Source of the DNA: Azolla caroliniana
Taxonomy: Eukaryota > Plantae > Polypodiophyta
Length of the DNA stretch: 64,000 bases
Assembly (NCBI GenBank): GCA_043228905.1
Contig: JBHGNT010000011.1
Coordinates: 8,308,001 to 8,372,000, forward strand
Direction: 5' to 3'
This document shows positions 62,534 to 64,000 of the stretch, piece by piece. Made by a program: the position numbers and the translations under genes. Below the pieces are notes generated by a model. The model ran no database searches and was not told the origin of the DNA. It saw only the letters and a program-made list of their open reading frames with translations. Position 1 is the stretch's first letter. The number at the start of each line of letters is the position of its first letter.

Positions 62534-64000
62534 TTCACACTTGGCCAAATGGGTTGTCTCAATCCCGAGGATTCAGAGTAATCAGGACTCCCCTTCTTTA
62601 CACTCTCGTTTAACCCTCACACTTTATCAACGTGTATAGAATACTACGGTAAATTCTCACCACATGATATTATGTGGTCATGCCCGTAACATAATCCCCT
62701 CCCCCTCTTTAAAACATTGCACTCTTGCAATGGAAAGTTAGGGAAGTTACTTCTAAGCGTATTTTCACGTTCCCATGTGGCATCTTTTATTGACTTATCC
62801 ATCGATTTAATTTTAAATTCTCTAATTTTTTTAGAATGCAGATATTTTGTTTTAACATCAAGAATTCTTTCTAGTACATGTGGTTTAGAAGATAATTCTT
62901 TAGAAGTAACCAGAGTTTTAGTTGTCATTGTATTGTCACCAGAACCTAGAAGTTCTTTTAGACGACATACATGAAAAACTAAATGGACTTCAACGCCATC
63001 ATGAAGAGCGAGATGATAGGTTGATGAAACAATGCATTTGGGGACTATAAAAGGTCCACAAAACCGTGGGGCTAACTTAGGGCACTAATTGTAGACAATG
63101 TGTTAGAATTGTGAGGTACACGTAAAAATACCTTTTGTCTAGGGTTGAATACACGAGGTTGCCTATTATGATCAGCATAAAAACACGCTCTATCTTGAGC
63201 TATTTTTATATTCTCTCATGTAGTGTGCAACATATCTTGCATATCCCGAAAAAAGTTTTGCGTACTTTGCAACTTATCATGATGTATATTAACATCAATC
63301 AGGGCTCATGGTGGAAAACCATACATCAACATAAAAGGACTATATCTCGTCGATGTATGCTTGAAGCTGTTATAAGCAAACTCCAAATTTGGGATATAAC
63401 GTTCCCATTTTGTTGGTTTTGTACCAACATATGCACAAAGCATGTCCTCAATAATTTGATTTACTCGTTCTGTTTGTCTAGCGAATTGAGGATGATCCAT
63501 GGAGCTCATGCTCAATATAGTTTCTAACTTCTTAAAGACTTGTCCAAAAGTTGCTAGTAAACTTTGGATCTCAATCACTCACGCTATTCATCGGTAACCC
63601 ATAAAAATGAAATAACTCCTCAACGAATTGGCAAGCCAATTCCGGAGTTGTTACCGTGGTTTTAGTAACAATAAATCTGGCCATTTTAGTTAGTCGATCA
63701 ACCACAACCTAGATGGCATCATGGCCTTTTTGAGTGTGAGGAAGGCTAACAATAAAATCCATGGATATACTTTCCCACTTATTATTGGGAATGTCCAAAG
63801 GATGTAAAAGTCTTGCGGCTTTAAGTTGCTTAGTTTTGTTAACCTGACACTAGTGACATTTAGTCATATAGCTATGTATGTCAGGACACATCTTGGACCA
63901 ATAGAATTGAGTCGAGATGAGAACAAGAGTACGATATATTCTAGGGTGCCCTACTGAGGGTGCATCATGGCATTAAAAAAGAATTCTCTTTTTGACCTCA
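62534..64000 (-). mobile_element. 3' end of a chromoviral Ty3/gypsy element (integrase, chromodomain, PPT, truncated LTR)
   Basis: WESISMDFI, HPQFARQTERVNQ, SPFMLMYG, chromodomain ERILD...EFKIK...DATWE (62700-62880), PPT 62696-62709, LTR start TGTTA at 62691. Confidence 0.88.

Overview
This is eukaryotic, transposon-saturated DNA, very likely from a land plant. The tRNA-iMet-primed copia elements, TTTAGGG units and Sola-type transposons would fit a bryophyte, lycophyte or fern (inference). I see no intact host gene. Contents from left to right: (1) a degenerate non-chromoviral Ty3/gypsy element (1-9522) with a long extra 3' ORF; (2) two diverged copies of a block carrying a Sola1/DUF7869-like transposase and an FCP1/NIF-like phosphatase relic (9523-19803 and 33870-38181), the first split by a full-length copia element with an AGAAA TSD; (3) a ~12.7-kb Sola2-like element (19804-32510) full of tandem arrays and a 1.6-kb hairpin; (4) a spliced RING-finger gene relic and a LINE ORF1 relic; (5) a second gypsy element rearranged by an inverted duplication, two more copia elements and the 3' end of a chromovirus. 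The most unusual signal is two sequence-unrelated solo-LTR-like insertions (6054-6894 and 58543-59730). Both have 4-bp RCGC-type TSDs, and both carry a tRNA-like Pol III module (A/B boxes 43 nt apart) antisense to and upstream of their own TATA box. All alignments and counts were made by eye.
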